NCBI GenBank assembly: GCA_046331705.1
Contig: JAXLQJ010000003.1
Span: 124,001 to 188,000 of the forward strand
Source of the DNA: a bacterium
GTDB lineage: Bacteria; JADJOY01
DNA length: 64,000 bases
Reading direction: 5' to 3'
Shown: piece after piece, positions 47,386 to 57,900 of the stretch
How positions within the stretch are numbered: the stretch's first letter is position 1
How the letters are laid out: each line of letters opens with the position of its first letter
Notes under the pieces: generated by a model
The model's database searches: none
Seen by the model: the letters and a program-made list of their open reading frames with translations, nothing else
What the model was told of the DNA's origin: nothing
Position numbers and translations under genes: made by a program

Positions 47386-49998
47386 ATGAGCCTCGTCGAC
47401 CCGAACCGCGCACGCGCCTCGGAGAGCGCGCCACTGCGCATCGCCTCCAGCCCCTACGCTTCCGCTGCGGGGATCACGCTGCTGCTGGGCGCGGCGAAGC
47501 TCCTCGGCTTCGTCGAGAAGCAATTCCTCGCGTTCCGTTTCGGCGCCAGCGCGTCCGTCGACGCATTCCTGATCGCCTTCGGCCTGATGATGGTGATCTT
47601 CGATCTGGCGCGCGCCGTCATCGGACCGGCGCTGCTGCCGTTGCTCACGCGCGCCGTGAGCACGCACGGCGAGCCGGCGGCCCAGCGCGCCGCCGGCCGG
47701 CTCGCGCTCGTCGTCGCCGTGGTCTTCGCCGCCGTGGCCGCGGCGCTGATGATCGCCGCCTCGCCGCTCGTTCGCCACGTCCTCGCGCCGCGCCTGGACC
47801 CGAGCGCGCAGGCGCTCGTGATCGAGCTCGCGCGCATCCTGCTGCCAGCGCTCGTCCCGCTCGGCGCGGCCCTCGTCACGTACACCCTCTTCCACACCGC
47901 CGGGCGCTTCTTCGCGCCGGCGTGCGGTGAGCTGGCGTTCAAGATGGCGGGCACGGCGGCGCTGTTGGCGATGTGCGTCGCGCCGACGGCGGGGCTCGAA
48001 TGGCTCGCGGTGGGCTATCTCGGCGGTGGTGCCGCCATGCTCGCGATTCATCTCGTGGCGCTCGGCCCCGCGCGCCGGCAGCTGCTCGCGCGCCGCACGA
48101 CGCCCGCCGCGCTCGGACGCGAAGCCTGGTCCGCCGCCTGGCCGATGGGTCTCGCCGCCGTGGCGATCGGCTTGCGGCAGGTCCTGGAATCGGCCTTCGC
48201 GACTCGCTTCGGCGGCGGCTCGGTGGCGGTGGTCGCCTATGCGTGGAAGCTCGTCGATCTGCCGACCGTGCTCGCCGCGGAGCCGCTCGCGGTGGTCTTC
48301 TTCGCGCTGTTCGCGCGTCTCGGCACGAGCGCCGATCCGAGCCAGGCGCGCGTCGCGCTCGCCGGCGCGCTGCGCAGCGCGCTCTGGGTGTCGGCGCCGC
48401 TCGCGGTGGCGCTGGCGGCGCTCGCGGGGCCGATGGTGGAGCTGCTCTTTCGCTGGGGCTCGTTCGACGCACGCGCGAGCGAGTCGGCCACGCGGATCTT
48501 GAGCCTCTACGCGCCGGCGGTGCCGTTCGTGTTCGCGGACCTGCTGCTCACGCGCTTCGCGATCGCGCGCGGGCGGCTGCGCCCCGCGGTGCGGGTCGAG
48601 CTGCTCGCCTCGGCGCTCAACATCCTGGCGTGGCCGATCCTCGGAGCGCGCCTCGGCATCGCGTGCCTGCCCGTCGCCTTCACCGCGGCGCGCGCGATCA
48701 AGCTCGCCGGATTGCTGCTGGTGTTGCGGGCGGAGCTGCGCGCGGGTGATCGACGGGGTGCCGTCGCCTTCGGCGCACGGGTCGCCGCCGCGCTGGTGCT
48801 CGGCTGGCTCGCCCTCGCGGGTGTCGCCGCGGCGTTGCGCGACGGCGACACCGAGGCCGATCTCGTGGAACGCGGCTTGGCGCTCGCGTTGCCGGGCCTC
48901 GCGTTTCTCGGCTGCTACGCCGCCGCGAGCGCAGCACTAGGCATCGGCGAGGTTCGAACGCTCGTCGCGCATCTGCGCCGGCGGTTCGCGACGGCGACGG
49001 TCACCGCCGCGGTGATCGCGCTCGGGGCGACGCTCGCCGCGCCGGCGCGCGCCGCGTCCCCCGGCGCCGATCACGACGCCACGGACGCGAGCGGCACGTT
49101 GGTCCTCGACGACCTCGAGTGGAATCGCGACGCCGTGGCCGCGTTGCCGAGTGCCTTGGCCTTCCAGCGCGAGCGCGACGGCAATCTCGACGTGTACCTC
49201 TTGGATCCACGCAAGCCGGCCCTGCGCCGCCTCACCGTCGAGCCCGGGGCGGACCGCAATCCGGTCTTCGCGCCCGACGGGAAGAGCCTCTACTTCGTAT
49301 CCGATCGATCGGGTGTGGATGGCATCTACCGCGTCGACCTCGCCGGTGGCGGCGTCACGCCGGTCGTGGTCGGCGATGGTCGCGCCGAGGACCCGGCACC
49401 CACTCCCGACGGGCGCTCGCTGATCTTCACGCGCTCACCGCGCGTGGTCGGGTGGAACCTGGTGATCCGCGATCTCGCGACGGGCGCCGAACGCGCCCTC
49501 ACCGACGCCACGATCGCACGCCACGCGCACGCATCGGTGAGCGGCGATGGGACGTGGCTCGCGTGCTCGAGCCATACCGGGGGCGGATGGCAGATCGCGC
49601 GCATCGAGATCGCCACCGGCCGGTCGCGCACCCTCACCCACGACCCGGGTGCCTGTCGTCCCGATGTCTCGCCCACCGATGGCCGCGTCGCGTTCGTGAC
49701 CCAGCGCTGGGACGGGAAAGGCGACATCGCGGTCAGCGACTCCCAGGGCGGCGGCGTGCGCCGTCTGAGCACCACCGACGCGTACGACTACTTCCCCGCG
49801 TGGAGCCGCGACGGGCGCTGGATCGCCTTCGCGACCACGCGCGCCAAGGACAAGGGCCCCGGCCATCGCGGGCCGTGGCACCTGATGCTCGCCGCCAGCG
49901 ACGGCAGCGGCGTGCGCTGGCTCACGCGTTCCGCGGGCAGCGAATGGGAGCCGAGCTTCGCGCCGGCGCCCGCCACCCCGGAGGCGACGCGCGAATGA
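47386..49998 (+). CDS. MurJ/MviN-like lipid II flippase fused to a TolB-like (PD40) beta-propeller
   Basis: KLLGFVEKQFLAFRFGA..DAF, YAWKLVDLP, ELLFRWGSFD (MviN). Then RDGNLDVY, NPVFAPDGK, PAPTPDGR, PDVSPTDGR, PAWSRDGRWIAF, EPSFAP. Confidence 0.85.
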   Translation: MSLVDPNRARASESAPLRIASSPYASAAGITLLLGAAKLLGFVEKQFLAFRFGASASVDAFLIAFGLMMVIFDLARAVIGPALLPLLTRAVSTHGEPAAQRAAGRLALVVAVVFAAVAAALMIAASPLVRHVLAPRLDPSAQALVIELARILLPALVPLGAALVTYTLFHTAGRFFAPACGELAFKMAGTAALLAMCVAPTAGLEWLAVGYLGGGAAMLAIHLVALGPARRQLLARRTTPAALGREAWSAAWPMGLAAVAIGLRQVLESAFATRFGGGSVAVVAYAWKLVDLPTVLAAEPLAVVFFALFARLGTSADPSQARVALAGALRSALWVSAPLAVALAALAGPMVELLFRWGSFDARASESATRILSLYAPAVPFVFADLLLTRFAIARGRLRPAVRVELLASALNILAWPILGARLGIACLPVAFTAARAIKLAGLLLVLRAELRAGDRRGAVAFGARVAAALVLGWLALAGVAAALRDGDTEADLVERGLALALPGLAFLGCYAAASAALGIGEVRTLVAHLRRRFATATVTAAVIALGATLAAPARAASPGADHDATDASGTLVLDDLEWNRDAVAALPSALAFQRERDGNLDVYLLDPRKPALRRLTVEPGADRNPVFAPDGKSLYFVSDRSGVDGIYRVDLAGGGVTPVVVGDGRAEDPAPTPDGRSLIFTRSPRVVGWNLVIRDLATGAERALTDATIARHAHASVSGDGTWLACSSHTGGGWQIARIEIATGRSRTLTHDPGACRPDVSPTDGRVAFVTQRWDGKGDIAVSDSQGGGVRRLSTTDAYDYFPAWSRDGRWIAFATTRAKDKGPGHRGPWHLMLAASDGSGVRWLTRSAGSEWEPSFAPAPATPEATRE

Positions 49999-51840
49999 CG
50001 CGGCGCTGCGTCCAGCGGCCGTGGGTGGGTAGAGGCTGGGAATGCGCACGGCGTCCAGCCCCGAGTACTGAGCGCTCGGGTCGTCGATCGTCGCCTCCCA
50101 GACCTTGACGTCGTCGCTGGGACGGACCTCGCTCAAGCGCATCCACTGGGTGGACTCGCTGCCCAGCGAGCCATCGGTGACGAGCACGTTGCCGTTCGGC
50201 TCGCCTTCCACGTTCCCCGCGAAGTAGCTGAAGAGCGGCGGATCGAACGCCGGATCGATCCATTGCCAGGCCACGTCGAGGAATCCGCCCACGGGATCGA
50301 TGACGAACTCGACCTGGCGCGTCACCTCGTCCGGCACCCGATCGTTGCCGTTGTCGTAGACCAGGAGATTTCCGTTGGGCTTCAGAAACGGGCCGTGCTG
50401 GTGCAGCGGCAAGACGATTCCCGGACCGGCGGGCTCGAGGAACGGCCACCCGTCGTCGCCGCTCGATCCGGGCCAGTCCGAGCCGAGCACCCACACCAAC
50501 TGCTTGGTGGCGCGGCTGATCTTCGCGATCAGATCCTGGTGGCGGCACGACACGATCAGCGAGTCGTCGCTCGGGTCGTGGATGAGCGCATTGCAGTGGG
50601 TCCAGTCGTGCGTGCTGCCGCCGGCGGTGCCGTACCACCAGTTCCAGCTCGCGTCGTTGAACGACTCGCCGCCGCCCGAGTGCAGGTCGAGCAAGGTCCG
50701 GTGCGGGTCGAGCAGATCGAAGAGGTGGATCCGGTCCACGATCTGCCCGTCACGGGTCATCTCGACGAGCTGGTCGCCGACGACGCGACAGGTCGTGCAG
50801 TTCGCGCCGTCGCTCCACTTGAACCCCGGGACGTTGCGCAGCTCGGCGAAGAGCGCGACCAGATGGCCGTTCGGGAGCTCGATGGCGTCGTGGTGCGCCG
50901 GGCCGTCCACCGCCGGGTCCATCCCGAGGTTGTCGACGTTGAAGGAGTGGACCTCGCTCCCCAGCAGATCGATCTCCGAGATCGAGTAGGAGAGATAGAG
51001 GATGTGACCGTTCGCGAGCTGGCGCACCCGACTGATGGGAACGAAGGGATCGCCCGGCGCGGGCAACGGGTCCTGGTGGTACCAGACCACGTTGCCGGCG
51101 GCGTCGATGGCGTAGATGCGGCTGTTCGAGGGCAGTCCCACCCGCGTGGCGGCGAAGAGCGTGAGCCCCGGCTGCATGGCCGCGGGCTGCGCCGTCGTCA
51201 CCTGAACCGGCGGCGGGCCGAAGCCGGCGATCTCGGAGAACGCAGCTGGCCGATGGGTGATCGATGGCCCAGTCACGGTCTGCGCGCCGGCGGTGGCCTT
51301 CGCGGTGAACGTGTAGGTCACGCCCGCGCGCAGCCCGACGACCGCCACGGTGTGCGTGGTCGCGGGGATCGGCGTGAGCACACCGCTCGCCGGCACGGTC
51401 CAGGTGCCCTCGGGTCCGGAGACCTCGAGGAGCGGCGTCGCCGGCACCGTGCTCTCGAACGAGACCAGCGCGCTCAAGTGGTTCCTCGGATTGATCGCCA
51501 CCACGGGCGCGCCGAGCACGAGATTCGCGAGCCTGTGGTTCCCCGCGTCCATTCGAGCGCCGAAGAGCAGCAGCTCGACGCGGTAGACACCGGTCGGCTT
51601 GTCGGTCGGCAGGCTCGCCACCACGGCCGTGTCCGACCACGACACGATCGGGATCGGCTGGCCGTCGTAGAGCACCGCCGCGCCGGGACGCGGGGTGGCC
51701 TCGAAACCGGTGCCGTCGATGGTGAGGAGATCGCCCGGCGCGCTCACCGACGGATGCAACCCGACCACGGTGGTGCAAGCCGTCGCGAGCAACGACCCGA
51801 CCACCACCCAGCGCACGCCACGACGCGCCACGCCCCGCAC
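49435..51840 (-). CDS. Arylsulfate sulfotransferase (ASST family) lipoprotein with N-terminal IPT/TIG domain; recognisable part ends near 50030
   Basis: Lipobox LATAC; IPT-like region (PGDLLTIDGTGF..SWSDT); NPRNHLSA; AHHDAIELPNG, DWTHCNAL..DDSLIVSCRHQ, HQHGP, YDNG. No stop after SLYP until 49437. Confidence 0.82.
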   Translation of the reverse strand: MRGVARRGVRWVVVGSLLATACTTVVGLHPSVSAPGDLLTIDGTGFEATPRPGAAVLYDGQPIPIVSWSDTAVVASLPTDKPTGVYRVELLLFGARMDAGNHRLANLVLGAPVVAINPRNHLSALVSFESTVPATPLLEVSGPEGTWTVPASGVLTPIPATTHTVAVVGLRAGVTYTFTAKATAGAQTVTGPSITHRPAAFSEIAGFGPPPVQVTTAQPAAMQPGLTLFAATRVGLPSNSRIYAIDAAGNVVWYHQDPLPAPGDPFVPISRVRQLANGHILYLSYSISEIDLLGSEVHSFNVDNLGMDPAVDGPAHHDAIELPNGHLVALFAELRNVPGFKWSDGANCTTCRVVGDQLVEMTRDGQIVDRIHLFDLLDPHRTLLDLHSGGGESFNDASWNWWYGTAGGSTHDWTHCNALIHDPSDDSLIVSCRHQDLIAKISRATKQLVWVLGSDWPGSSGDDGWPFLEPAGPGIVLPLHQHGPFLKPNGNLLVYDNGNDRVPDEVTRQVEFVIDPVGGFLDVAWQWIDPAFDPPLFSYFAGNVEGEPNGNVLVTDGSLGSESTQWMRLSEVRPSDDVKVWEATIDDPSAQYSGLDAVRIPSLYPPTAAGRSAASFARRLRGGGRRREARLPFAARGTREPAHAAAVAGGEHQVPRPAMAGALVLGARGREGDPAPVAAPRGEVVVRVGGAQTAHAAALGVADRDVAFPVPALGHERDAAIGGRDIGTTGTRVVGEGARPAGGDLDARDLPSAPGMARAREPRPIAAHRCVRVACDRGVGEGAFGARREIADHQVPPDHAR

Positions 51841-52063
51841 CCGGCCTCCACCACCCGCCACACCCGCGCAATCGCTCCGCTCGGCGGCACGTGACCGTCT
51901 GGCAGGATTCGCGCCAACGGCGTGAGCGCGCGCGGCGCGAGGCTTTCGCAGCCTCGCGTCCTTCGCCGAGGTGAGATTTGCACCACCCGAATTGCAGCGT
52001 GCAACTGCGTTGCGAAGGCGGCCGACCGCCGCGCGGCCCGCAACGCAGAGGGCGCGCGACCTC

Positions 52064-52570
52064 CTACTTCTTCGCCCCCTTCTTGGGCGCCTTGGCGGCA
52101 CCGCCAGACTCCAGCGTGCGCGTCAGGTTCTTCAGGTACTGGGCGATCAAGCCCTCGAACTCGCGGGTGACGAAGGGAGTCACGAGTGCCTTCACCAGCG
52201 CGGGAAACGGGAACTGCATCTCGCCGCGATTGACGAGGTGAAGGCGAGTCTTGCCATCGGCCGTGGCGGTCACCTCCCAGCTTCCCGAGACCAGCGCATT
52301 GCCCTCGCCGCGAATCGGAGTCCAGGTGACGGTCTTCTTCTTCGCGTCGTGGGTGTACTGGCTGGCGTAGATCGTCTGCAGGCTGTACTTCTCGACACCG
52401 ATCTTCTCGGTCTCGAGCCGATACGCGCCGCCCCCGAGATCGGTGAGCCGCTCCACCTTGGGCAGATGGCTCACGGACTTCGGCACGTCGGAGACCAGCG
52501 CGAAGGCGCTGGCCACGTCACACGCCACCTCGATGCTGCGATCGACGTTCACGGACACGGTGAAGGCCAT
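52064..52570 (-). CDS. SRPBCC/CoxG-family protein
   Basis: GGGAGG RBS; IEVACDVASAFALVSDVP..HLPKVE; helix-grip pattern with a C-terminal helix. Confidence 0.82.
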   Translation of the reverse strand: MAFTVSVNVDRSIEVACDVASAFALVSDVPKSVSHLPKVERLTDLGGGAYRLETEKIGVEKYSLQTIYASQYTHDAKKKTVTWTPIRGEGNALVSGSWEVTATADGKTRLHLVNRGEMQFPFPALVKALVTPFVTREFEGLIAQYLKNLTRTLESGGAAKAPKKGAKK

Positions 52571-52605
52571 GATTCCTCCCCTCGACGCGCGGCGAGACGC
52601 CGCCG

Positions 52606-54129
52606 TCACACGTGCTTCTTCAGGACCTTGGGTAGGAGCAACGGCAAGCGGGCGATCGCGAGCAAGCTGCCGCCGAGCTGCGCCACCACCGTGCGCATCA
52701 AGGCCGCCAGCTCGTCGCCGTACGGATACCACCACGTTTCCTTGGCGCCGCTGCTGCGATCGGTGAGCACGAAGGCCGGGCGCGTCATCTCGAGGAGCCC
52801 GTATCTCGAGTTGGTCACGCCGTGCCCGGTTTCCTTGACACCGCCCCACGGCGCCGAGGCCAGAGCGCCGGTGAAGACGCAGTTGTTGAGGGTCGCGACG
52901 CCCACCTCGAGCCGTCGCGCCAGCGCTTCCGCGCGCTCGAGGTCCGCCGTCCAGATCGAGCCGGTGAGGCCGAACTTGGCGCCGTTGGCCTCGCGGATCG
53001 CCTCGTCGGCATCCCGTACCCGCACCACCGGCAACGTGGGGCCGAAGGTCTCCTCGATCATGAACGTGGCCTGGCGATCGGCCACCTCGATGACCGTGGG
53101 CTGGAAGAAGAGCGAGCCCGGCACGCGCTCGCCGCCGGCGAGGATGCGGCTGCCAGTCTCGCGCGCGTTGCGCACGTGCTCTTCCACCAGCCGCATCTGC
53201 TTGTCGTTGCGCAGCGGTCCGACGTCGTCGCCGATCCGCAACCGCTTCACGCGCTCGACCAGCGCCGGCACGAAGCGGTCGTAGATCGCATCCTCGACGT
53301 AGAGCCGCTCGATCGAGGCGCAGTTCTGGCCGGCGTTGGTGAACGCACCCCACAGCACGCCGTTGAGCGTGCGCTCGAAGGGCGCGTCGGCGAGCACGAT
53401 CGCCGCGTCCTTGCCGGAAAGCTCGGTCGAGCACGGGATCAGCCGCTCGCCGCAGCGCTTGGCGATCTCCTTGCCGACGGCGACCGAGCCGATGAAGTTG
53501 ACCTTGTCGGCCCGCTCGATGACCACGCCCGACACCTCGCGTCCGCCGAAGCCGACCACCAGGAGGTCCGCGGGCAACGTCTCGGTGAACACCGCCGCGA
53601 GCTCACGGCCGATCAGGCTGGCGTCCACCGACGGCTTGAACGCCACCGCGTTGCCCGCCACCAGCGCCGGCACGATCGCGCGCATCGGCAACGCCACCGG
53701 GTAGTTCCAGCTGCTGAGCACCCCCACCACTCCCAGCGCCCGAAGCTCGATCACGCCGCGCTTGCCCGGGTAGTTGAGCGGGTTGATGGGCACCCGCTCG
53801 GGCGCGAGCAGCCGGGCGGCGTTGCGGATGTAGAAGTCGAAGAGCTCGAGATTCGCGATGATCTCGCCGCCCAGGATCTCCGGCATGGGCTTGCCCGTCT
53901 CGGCGCGCACGGCCTCGACGAGCTTCGGCACGCGCGCATGGAAGGCCTGCCGGCAGCGCCTCAAGGTGGCGATCCGCTCGCCGATCGGAAGCGCGGCCCA
54001 CGCGGGTTGCGCGCGGGCGGCGGCGGCGATGCGCGCCTCCATGTCGGCGGGTGCCGTGCGCGGGATCTCGGCGACCAGCTTTCCGTCGAGCGGGGACACG
54101 ACGCGCAAAGGACCGAGCTCGGTGCTCAT
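52606..54129 (-). CDS. Aldehyde dehydrogenase family protein
   Basis: SWNYP, FKPS, FIGSVAVG, ELSGKD, NAGQNCASIER, EETFGP, WGGVKETGHG. Confidence 0.95.
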   Translation of the reverse strand: MSTELGPLRVVSPLDGKLVAEIPRTAPADMEARIAAAARAQPAWAALPIGERIATLRRCRQAFHARVPKLVEAVRAETGKPMPEILGGEIIANLELFDFYIRNAARLLAPERVPINPLNYPGKRGVIELRALGVVGVLSSWNYPVALPMRAIVPALVAGNAVAFKPSVDASLIGRELAAVFTETLPADLLVVGFGGREVSGVVIERADKVNFIGSVAVGKEIAKRCGERLIPCSTELSGKDAAIVLADAPFERTLNGVLWGAFTNAGQNCASIERLYVEDAIYDRFVPALVERVKRLRIGDDVGPLRNDKQMRLVEEHVRNARETGSRILAGGERVPGSLFFQPTVIEVADRQATFMIEETFGPTLPVVRVRDADEAIREANGAKFGLTGSIWTADLERAEALARRLEVGVATLNNCVFTGALASAPWGGVKETGHGVTNSRYGLLEMTRPAFVLTDRSSGAKETWWYPYGDELAALMRTVVAQLGGSLLAIARLPLLLPKVLKKHV

Positions 54130-54326
54130 GCGATCTTCTCCTTCCGGCGAGGCATTGCCCGAAGTCTGGCAGATGTGCTCGGCGCTCCACGTCTTTACGC
54201 TGCGCGCCGCGCCGTTCACACTCGCCCATCCGCTCGCGACCGCTAAGGCGCCGGCGAGCGACGACGCATCGCGAGAGCCACCATGCGCACCTCCCATCCG
54301 CGTGCACGCGCCCGGGCAGCCGCCTG

Positions 54327-54971
54327 ATGACCGAGCTGGTCGCGGCGCTGCTGCTCGGCATCCTGAGCGGGACGATCGGCTCGGTCCTGGTCGCGGGACC
54401 GATCTCGATCCTGGTCGTGAGCCGCATCGCCCAGGGCCACGATCGCGAGGGCCTGAGCCTGGCGGCGGGCGCGGCCGTGGCCGAAGGCACGTACGCGGCG
54501 CTCGCCGGCCTCGGCGCCAAGCTGCTGGTCGGCATCGAGGGCGCGACGGCGATCGGCGCGCGCGCGTTGGGCGCCGTGCTGCTGCTGAGCCTGGGCGCGT
54601 TGCTGGTTCGGACCAGCCGTGGCGGCGGAACGCCGCGCGCGCCGCGCCGTCAGCGCACCGGACGAGGATTCTGGCTCGGTTTCATGGTCGCGGCGCTCAA
54701 TCCGGCGCTGGCGGCGGGTTGGGCGGCGGCGATCACCGCGCTCGTCTCGTGGGGCTTGCTCGCCGGCGGGCACATCGCCGCGGTGGTCTTCGGCACGGGC
54801 GTGAGCGTCGGCGTGATGCTGTGGTTCAGCGTCGCGATCACCGGCCTGCGCGGGCTCCGCGAGAAAGTCCGCCCGACGACCGCCCTCAAGGTGCGTCAGG
54901 GAACGGGCGCCATCCTGATCGCGATCGGCCTGGTGCTCGCCATCAAGGTGGTGTGGACGGAGCTCTTCTGA
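54327..54971 (+). CDS. LysE-family transporter
   Basis: AGPISILVV, FWLGFMVAALNP; six TM segments. Confidence 0.8.
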   Translation: MTELVAALLLGILSGTIGSVLVAGPISILVVSRIAQGHDREGLSLAAGAAVAEGTYAALAGLGAKLLVGIEGATAIGARALGAVLLLSLGALLVRTSRGGGTPRAPRRQRTGRGFWLGFMVAALNPALAAGWAAAITALVSWGLLAGGHIAAVVFGTGVSVGVMLWFSVAITGLRGLREKVRPTTALKVRQGTGAILIAIGLVLAIKVVWTELF

Positions 54972-57900
54972 GCTCCGCGGTGAAGCGCGCGAGATCTCTG
55001 CGCGCGTCCGCCGCGCGGGGATCGTGCCGGGCCGCGTAACAGCGGCTGCGAGATTCGAGCAGCGCCTCACGCCACGGCACCCACGGCTCGAGCGGCGCGA
55101 GCGCGTCGACGCAAAGCGCGTCGAAATCCGCGCCCATGCCGACCTCGGCGCGCAGCGTGCGGCGAGTGTCGTCGAGGATCGACACGGCGAACGGCTCGGC
55201 GAGCGCGGCGAAGAGCGCGCGCCCGAACGCAGCGTCGCCCTGCGCGCGACCGTAGAGCGCCGAGAGCGTGCGCAGCAGCAGCGGCCGGTGGACCCACGGG
55301 TCGCGACGGAGCACGCGCAGCGCCTCGAGGCCGTGGGCCGCGACACCGGCGGGGTCGTGGCGAGCGTCGGCGAGCAGCGTCCACAGGCATTCGGCGGTGG
55401 CGGGACGGCGCGCGCCGATGGCGTCGATCCAGTCGCGAGCGCGCTCGTCCGCGCGGCTCGCGAGCAGCTCGGCCACCACCACGCGATCCATCGGCGCGTG
55501 CTCCTCGGCCGGGCCGGCACCGGCCACACGCTCGAGCTCGGGCCAGAGCCAGGCCGCCCGCGCGACATCGCCGCGGGCGTAGGCCTCGCGCGCGCGGCGA
55601 CGCGCTTCGCGGCGCGGGTCGGGATCGGCGCTCGCGAACGCAGCGAGCGGCGCCTCCTCGGCGAGCGCGCGGGCCGCGCGCAGCTCGCGGACCCGATCCC
55701 AGCGGATCGTCTCGCTCGCCACCACGGGCCGCGCGGCGTTGGCGGAGGCGGCGGCCGCCCGGAGCTCGGCCACCGAGACGCGATCGCGGTGGCCGAGGCT
55801 CCGCGCGGCCGCGAACTCGAGCGCGTTGCGATCGTCGGTGTTGGGACGGATCGGTCGCGGTGCGCCGCTCACGAGCGTGCGCGCGAGGCGCGGAGATCCC
55901 AGAAATCCCGTGTAGAAGCCCTCGAGCCCGTCGACGCCCCACACCCACTCGAGGGCCGACGCGAACGGCTCCGTCGCCAGGCGGGCGCCGAGGCGCACGC
56001 GCTCGTGATCGAGCGGCATGGCGCTCGCCACCAGCAAGAGGTCGGTGTCGAGCTGGGTCTCCCAGGTCTCGACCTCCGCGAAGGCCGCGCCGATCGTCGC
56101 GTACACGAGCCTGAGCGACTCCGCGTCGAGGTCGTAGACCTGCAGCCACTCGGCGAACAGGCCGCCGGGCGCGAGCCGTGCGGCGGCCTCGCGGAAGAAG
56201 TCCACGGTGAAGAGGCTCGCCACACCGGCGCGATAGGGATTCGACGGCTCGGAAAAGATCACGTCGTAGTGATCGGTGAGCTCGCCGAGCGATTCGCGGG
56301 CGTCGCCGAGGACCAGTCGCACGCGCGGGTTGGCGAGCACGTCGTGGGTGATCGCGGCACCGCGACGCGCCAGCTCGAGCACCGCGGGCTCGAGCTCCAG
56401 CACGTCGACGCGCTCGATCCCCGGCACCTGCGCGAGCCACGCGGCCGTCGAGCCCGTGCCGAAGCCGATCACCAGCGCCAGCCGCGGGTTCGGATGGAGC
56501 GCCGCGGGAATGAGACCTCCCATGGCGTGGGTGGCGGCATCGCTGCGGATGTTGCCGTCGGATTTGCCGTTGACCAGCAGCGCATCGCCGTCCGCGCTCG
56601 AGATGCCGATCGCCGACTCGCGTCCGTCGCGCTCCCACGTCAGCGTGCGCCGCACCGCGTTGGCGTAGTCGTGCGCGGCTGCACGATTCGCGAAGGTGCG
56701 CGGAGTCCCGCCGACGCCGATCGGCTGATGACGCCATGCCGCCGTCGGGCCGGGAGCGAACGAGAGCGCGGCAACCAGCGCGGTCACGCCGAACGCGGTC
56801 CACGCCCAACGCCGCGCGGGGTCTCCGGCACGAATTGCAGCGGCGCTGGAGGCCAGCGCCAAGGACGCCAGCGCCCACACCGCGGCCCTCCAGGTCGCCA
56901 CGGCGCCGATCCGGGGAATCGCGAGCAACCCGCCGCCCAACGCGCCAGCGAGATTCCCCGCCGCGTTCCACGCGAAGACCCGCCCGCTCTCGCGCCCCGC
57001 GGCGCGTCCGCCCTCGCCGGCGAGCGCCACGAAGAGCGGAAACTGATAGCCGCCGACCAGCGCGGCCGGCACGACCACCAGCGCGGCGATGCCGAGCCAG
57101 ACGCAGACCAGCGGCCCGAAGCCCCGATCGCCGAAGCCGCGGGTGGCGATCGCCAGCTCGGCGACGCGATCTCCAGCCGCCAGCGGCGCGAGCGCCGCCA
57201 GCGCCTCGATCGCGCTCACCAGCGCCAGCCACGCCGGCGTGGGGCGCGCGCCGCGCCGATACGCGCCGTACGCGAGCCCGCCGAGGCCGACGCCGGCGAG
57301 CGCGAGGGCCAGGATCAAGCCGAACGTATAGGTCGAGCCGCCGAGCAACGGCGCGAGCATCCGGTACCAGACGAGCTCGAGCATCCCGAAGCCGAGGCCC
57401 GCGAGCCCGGCGCCCGCGAACGCGAGGACGCGCGACGCACGCTCGCCGTCCGGTGGCGCCACGCGCGGACGCGCCGCTGCCGGTGGCTCCTCCGCGCGCG
57501 GCGCGCGGCGCGCGGGCGCCGCCACGGCCGCCACGGCGGCACCCACGCCCGCGCCGACTCCGAGCGTCGCGCGCGTGCCGAGACGCTCGAGCAACAGCAG
57601 CGTCGCCGCCAGCGTGCCAGCGAGCGCGCCCAGCGTGTTCGCGCCGTAGAGCAGACCGGCGCGCCGGCGCGCGCCGTCGTCGTCGCCCTCGACGGCGCGG
57701 CTCGCCGCCGGCAGCGCGCCGCCCATGAGCATCGTCGGCGCCGCCAGGACCGAGAGCGTGATCACGAGCCGCAACGCCGTGCGGCCCGGCGCTGCCAGAC
57801 CGAGCTCGACGGCGAGCGCGTGATAGGGAGGCTCGAGCCGCGCGATCAGCCAGGGCGTGCACGCCGCCGCGAGCGCGGCACCGAGCTCCAGCGCGGCGTA

